64,000 nt of DNA, from positions 73,660 to 137,659 of the forward strand of contig JBHHTW010000003.1 of the NCBI GenBank assembly GCA_046861385.1, given 5' to 3'. The notes beneath the pieces were generated by a model that saw nothing but the letters and a program-made list of their open reading frames with translations, searched no databases and was not told the DNA's origin. Numbering within the stretch: position 1 is the stretch's first letter; the number at the start of each line of letters is the position of its first letter. Shown one piece after another: positions 60,309 through 64,000 of this stretch. A program made the translations under genes and the position numbers. The stretch comes from Fidelibacterota bacterium (lineage in GTDB: Bacteria; Fidelibacterota; Marinisomatia; Marinisomatales; TCS55).

Positions 60309-61393
60309 TTTTGTATATTTATTTCTTCATCTGGGCTTTTAGTCGGTGAATGTATAATTCGTATCAATTTTTTATCTGCATCTAATTGTGCATGAGTACC
60401 GATAGGGAGTGTCACATTGTATTTGTAATGTCCAATGGGGAAATTAGCTAAAACTGGTTTTTCCATGTCAGAAAAATATTGCTTTAGCACTTCCATCATT
60501 TTAAAACTATCCGGATCGTCTGGAGGTTCATCAGACCTCCGAGTGAATTTACCCAGAATTACACCTTGTAGGTGGTCGAATTTTCCTCCCAGTTTTAGTT
60601 GAGAGAGATAGCGGTCTATTCGATAGGGTGCTTCACCAATATCTTCAATAAACAAGATTTTACCATCCGTATCTATTTCGTACGGTGTCCCCATCAATGT
60701 GCAGATTAATGATAGGTTTCCACCAATTAATTGCCCTGTTCCTACTCCCGGATGAAGAATAATAACGGAATCTTTCAATCCAAAGGAAGCAAGATCAATG
60801 GTGTAACCCTCGGGATTCACTTGCTCAATTGCTCTCCAAAAATATGTATCGGAAATTGGAGATAAATTATCTTTATTACCCAATCCGTACATGGGATTTG
60901 GCGAATGAAAAGTAATCAACCCCGTTTTCTTATGAATGGCAAGATGTAATCCAGTAATATCGCTAAATCCAATTAAAATTTTGGGATTGTTTTTGATTAC
61001 GTTGTAATCGAGCATATCAAGAATTCGCGTTGTGCCATAACCACCGGTACCAGGGAAAATTGCCTTGACGGATTGATTTTGAAACGCATCCATTATTTCA
61101 TGGGCACGCCTCTCATCAGATCCTCCAAGGTATCCCCAAGACCGAAATAAATCAGTAGATTGAATTGTAATATATCCACGATTTTCCAGACGTTTTTTAG
61201 CAAGAGCCATGCGGGTACTGTCTAAGGATCCGGAGGGAGCAATAAACATAATGGTGTCTCCCGGTGTCAGATGATTAGGTAAAATTGATTTAGGTGTTTT
61301 GGGACTTTCAGCAGGAAAAAATAGGTTTAGTGAAATCAGAAGAAAGGGAGAAAACAATTTCATGAACTGGATTATTGGCAAAGAATTTTTCAC
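60305..61393 (-). CDS. ldcA: LD-carboxypeptidase (peptidase S66) with apparent signal peptide
   Basis: GGYG, IGFSDIT (Ser), GGNL, LFIEDIGE (Glu) and FPIGH (His). Confidence 0.9.
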   Translation of the reverse strand: MKNSLPIIQFMKLFSPFLLISLNLFFPAESPKTPKSILPNHLTPGDTIMFIAPSGSLDSTRMALAKKRLENRGYITIQSTDLFRSWGYLGGSDERRAHEIMDAFQNQSVKAIFPGTGGYGTTRILDMLDYNVIKNNPKILIGFSDITGLHLAIHKKTGLITFHSPNPMYGLGNKDNLSPISDTYFWRAIEQVNPEGYTIDLASFGLKDSVIILHPGVGTGQLIGGNLSLICTLMGTPYEIDTDGKILFIEDIGEAPYRIDRYLSQLKLGGKFDHLQGVILGKFTRRSDEPPDDPDSFKMMEVLKQYFSDMEKPVLANFPIGHYKYNVTLPIGTHAQLDADKKLIRIIHSPTKSPDEEINIQK

Positions 61394-62097
61394 TATTCAA
61401 TAATGGTATACTTAGTTTTGATAACTTGATATGGAAAGGCATTAAAATGCCACCATTCAGTCGTAATAGTACTGAATCCTGCTTTTTCCATGGCATCTCT
61501 CAATATTCGGCGATTGGATACCTGTTCTCCGGTTAATTCTCCCACTGCGAGTAAGGAATCCTCAAGGACAGGAAAAGCCAATTCTCCAAAATAATCATAT
61601 TTGGTTCCCATGTCCAGTGGATTCCCAAGCGTATCGGCAAGGGTGAGGTCAACCGCAGCCCCGAAATTATGGATCGATCCGGTTTTGGGATTTGCAACGA
61701 ATTGTGTTCGTTCTGATTCAGGGACGTTATCCAGGGTATTCCATAACGTCCATTGAATGCTTCTGGGACGGAGGCCGTCATAAATAAGAAAGCGAAGGTC
61801 AGGATGATCTTCTTTAAGGAAGTTATGAGCCATCACCAGCTTTTGAGCCGGGAGTTGGCGTAGATAGCAAATTTCCAAGTCACCATATACATCCGCATTC
61901 ATGAAATTGTCAGTTGTGGAATACTTCAGTTCGACAAACATAGTGGAGTCTGCTTCAAGAATATTTACTAAATTATTTTTACCAATAGATTCATCTGAAA
62001 AAGACTGTATAGTCTCTGGGGTCCCACAGCCAAAAGTGCACATGGAAAAATAGCCAAATATTAGAATGAACAACAAATTTAGTCGGCTATAAATCAT
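61393..62097 (-). CDS. D-alanyl-D-alanine dipeptidase (M15D, VanX/DdpX family), lipoprotein
   Basis: LKYST.DNF, YDGLRP, SIHNFGAAVD, DMGT.YD and EWWHF; lipobox TFGC. The ATG overlaps the SpmB stop (TGATG). Confidence 0.9.
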   Translation of the reverse strand: MIYSRLNLLFILIFGYFSMCTFGCGTPETIQSFSDESIGKNNLVNILEADSTMFVELKYSTTDNFMNADVYGDLEICYLRQLPAQKLVMAHNFLKEDHPDLRFLIYDGLRPRSIQWTLWNTLDNVPESERTQFVANPKTGSIHNFGAAVDLTLADTLGNPLDMGTKYDYFGELAFPVLEDSLLAVGELTGEQVSNRRILRDAMEKAGFSTITTEWWHFNAFPYQVIKTKYTIIE

Positions 62098-62642
62098 CAA
62101 AAAAGAAATTTGCAAATGTATACAGCTGTTAAAACACCAACAGCATCGGCAATGAGCCCGGCTGCCAATGCATGTCTGGATTTTCGAATACCCACAGATC
62201 CAAAATATACAGCTAACACATAAAATGTAGTTTCTGTGGACCCAAACATGGTTGCTCCGATTTTCGCATAAATGGAGTCTGCTCCGTATTCATTAATCAA
62301 ATCCGTCAGTAATCCTAATGAGCCGCTCCCAGAAAGAGGCCTCATGAGAGCCAAAGGCAGGTTTTCAGGCGGGAAACCGATAGCTGTTAGCAGGGGAGAT
62401 AAAAAATTCAACAAAACGTCCAAAGCGCCGGACGCTCTGAACATTCCAATGGCAACCAAAATAGCCACGAGGTATGGAATAATCCTAACGGCGATTGTAA
62501 ATCCGTCTTTTGCGCCGTCCACAAATGATTCATATACTTTTACTTTTTTAAAGATCAGCGCATATAAAGGTATCCCCACCAGTAAAAAAGGAATGATATA
62601 TTTTGAAAATTCGTTTATTCCATTTACAAATGAATCAATCAT
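62097..62642 (-). CDS. spmB: Spore maturation protein B family membrane protein
   Basis: VYESFVDGAKDG, RPLSGSG and GSTETTFYVLAVYFGSVGI. Confidence 0.92.
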   Translation of the reverse strand: MIDSFVNGINEFSKYIIPFLLVGIPLYALIFKKVKVYESFVDGAKDGFTIAVRIIPYLVAILVAIGMFRASGALDVLLNFLSPLLTAIGFPPENLPLALMRPLSGSGSLGLLTDLINEYGADSIYAKIGATMFGSTETTFYVLAVYFGSVGIRKSRHALAAGLIADAVGVLTAVYICKFLF

Positions 62643-63237
62643 GGCTGCCCCCACCATTTTCAAAGGAATACCGTTTTGTTTTTTCCAATGTTTTTACTGC
62701 AATAATTGCTGCTATTGTAGACATCCCAGTTGCGATAATGGTCGTGATGAAAATTTGACTTGATAATGATCCCATAAGAGCCACCACCGTAGCCGGAAGA
62801 ATCAATTGAACGCTGGATGTATTTATGGCGAGAAATGTACACATGGCATTGGTGGCTGTTTCTTTGCTTGGGTTGAGTTCCTGCAATTCTTCCATGGCTT
62901 TCAGTCCCAAGGGAGTAGCGGCATTTCCTAACCCTAAAATATTGGCTGCCATATTCAACACAATGGAACCAATAGCAGGATGGTCCTCCGGTACGTCGGG
63001 AAATAATCGAATAGTGATGGGACGCAGTCCTCGGGCAATGATTCTAATTAATCCGGATTCTTCGGCAATTTTCATGATTCCAAGCCAAAGGGCCATAATT
63101 CCGATTAATCCAATGGCCAATTCGACGGCGACTTTTGCCATGTTAATGGCGGATTCAGTTACTGCATCAATATTACCGTTAATGGTTCCAACAATAACAG
63201 CAATAAGCATCATTCCAAACCAAATGTAGTTTAGCAT
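62635..63237 (-). CDS. spmA: Spore maturation protein A family (nucleoside-gate domain) membrane protein
   Basis: MLNYIW, LWLGIMKIAE.SG, ANILGLGNAATPLGLKAM and INTSS. Confidence 0.92.
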   Translation of the reverse strand: MLNYIWFGMMLIAVIVGTINGNIDAVTESAINMAKVAVELAIGLIGIMALWLGIMKIAEESGLIRIIARGLRPITIRLFPDVPEDHPAIGSIVLNMAANILGLGNAATPLGLKAMEELQELNPSKETATNAMCTFLAINTSSVQLILPATVVALMGSLSSQIFITTIIATGMSTIAAIIAVKTLEKTKRYSFENGGGSHD

Positions 63238-63279
63238 ATCATTTCCTTAAACAAATTAAATTTTCAAATTGAATTAATT

Positions 63280-63744
63280 TCATAAGAATCTTTCCACAAT
63301 TTTAACCGTTTCAGGCAATTTATTTACCATCTTTTCAATCACTCCGCCCTGTTCAGCATAAGCCACAAAAACTCTTCCCGCTAAACCAATGATAAATTCA
63401 TTCCTTACCACCGCATTTTGTGAGGTCATTCTCGTAACAGAAGGCGGAAACTTTGATACGATCAGCATTCTGCCGTAATTAATATGCGGTTTCCATTCAC
63501 TTGGTATTCTTTTCCAAATTCCCCGCGCGGGACTAATAATGATGGGCTGTGATCCTTTGAGCAAAATACGCAGACATTCTTTCTCCATGGGGGAATGAAA
63601 CCCGCTGATGACTGATTGCCCTTCTTTTCGCCATTTCAAACACTGGTCATAAGTTTGTAAAATTTTATCTCCAGGGCATTTTACCGAGCAAAACAAAGCA
63701 ATAGGTTCGGTTTTTAGTAATTCTATATTTCCAAAAGAAAACAA
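63280..63744 (-). CDS. Short DprA/SMF-like (SLOG fold) protein
   Basis: ALFCSVKCPG, VISGFHSPMEKECL.ILL and RNEFI..LA..VFVAYA..GG; TTG start with AAGGA RBS. Confidence 0.75.
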   Translation of the reverse strand: MFSFGNIELLKTEPIALFCSVKCPGDKILQTYDQCLKWRKEGQSVISGFHSPMEKECLRILLKGSQPIIISPARGIWKRIPSEWKPHINYGRMLIVSKFPPSVTRMTSQNAVVRNEFIIGLAGRVFVAYAEQGGVIEKMVNKLPETVKIVERFL

Positions 63745-63746
63745 GT

Positions 63747-64000
63747 TTAATCCTTGTCTTTGAGAACGGTTAGCCCTCTTCGGGTTATTTTATATTTTTG
63801 TTTACTGCTTTTGGGTTTATTTGGGACAGTCATTTCTAAATCGGGTTCTGTTGGATTGTTCTGTAAACGCCATTAGTGTCAAGATACCTGTATCTTTTTT
63901 TGCCCACAATAGTAAAATTTTAGCAACAACATCACTTGGGACAGACTTGGGACAAACTTGATACAATTCTTTTAAAATCCTTCTCATTTATGTCCAACCC
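63747..64000 (-). pseudogene. 3' remnant of a gene ending in a Fic-associated C-terminal wHTH-like domain, frameshifted
   Basis: LMAFTEQSNRTRFRK in one frame, then MTVPNKPKSSKQKYKITRRG...* in another; the usual intervening segment of about 13-15 aa is absent. Confidence 0.6.

Noticed and set aside
61393-62097. Vancomycin resistance cluster
   Set aside because: No vanA/vanH/vanRS; the lipoprotein dipeptidase lies in a cell-wall catabolic context.
504-63229. Numerous 60-165 aa ORFs overlapping larger genes in other frames or strands
   Set aside because: Shadow ORFs within well-supported CDSs, with no motifs of their own.
62097-63237. Evidence of sporulation
   Set aside because: SpmAB homologs occur in non-sporulators, and LPS genes and outer-membrane receptors indicate a diderm with no other spo genes here.
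63280-63744. Canonical competence DprA
   Set aside because: Too short; lacks the SAM and C-terminal domains and the typical VGSR/SGLA.GID motifs.

Overview
AT-rich, gene-dense bacterial DNA. It probably comes from an FCB-group lineage such as Marinimicrobia; this is inferred from PorV-family barrels, T9SS-like 'NYPNPFNP' C-terminal domains and carboxypeptidase-regulatory-domain TonB receptors without SusD partners. I found no rRNA, tRNA, CRISPR array or intact transposase. Most of the window is amino-sugar and cell-wall catabolism. (i) 1-7.5 kb: GH3/beta-lactamase-fold fusion, DUF1460 amidase, NagB, GNAT and PHP genes. (ii) 7.5-17.6 kb: a TonB receptor, a sodium:solute symporter (SSS) and a strikingly animal-like GH84 O-GlcNAcase. 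(iii) 28.7-42.1 kb and 45.9-63.2 kb: two minus-strand operons, each built around the same cassette of TonB receptor, large 'VVPNPY'-CTD protein and PorV-family barrel. The second cassette is surrounded by peptidoglycan-degrading genes (NamZ, GH18, LD-carboxypeptidase, D-Ala-D-Ala dipeptidase, M14 peptidase, amino-acid permease, SpmAB). My best candidate for an undescribed system is a SusD-free, PorV-coupled utilisation locus for foraging on bacterial cell walls. Several pseudogenes with internal deletions and a palindromic REP-like element are also present. All family calls come from motif recognition and memory; no searches were run.
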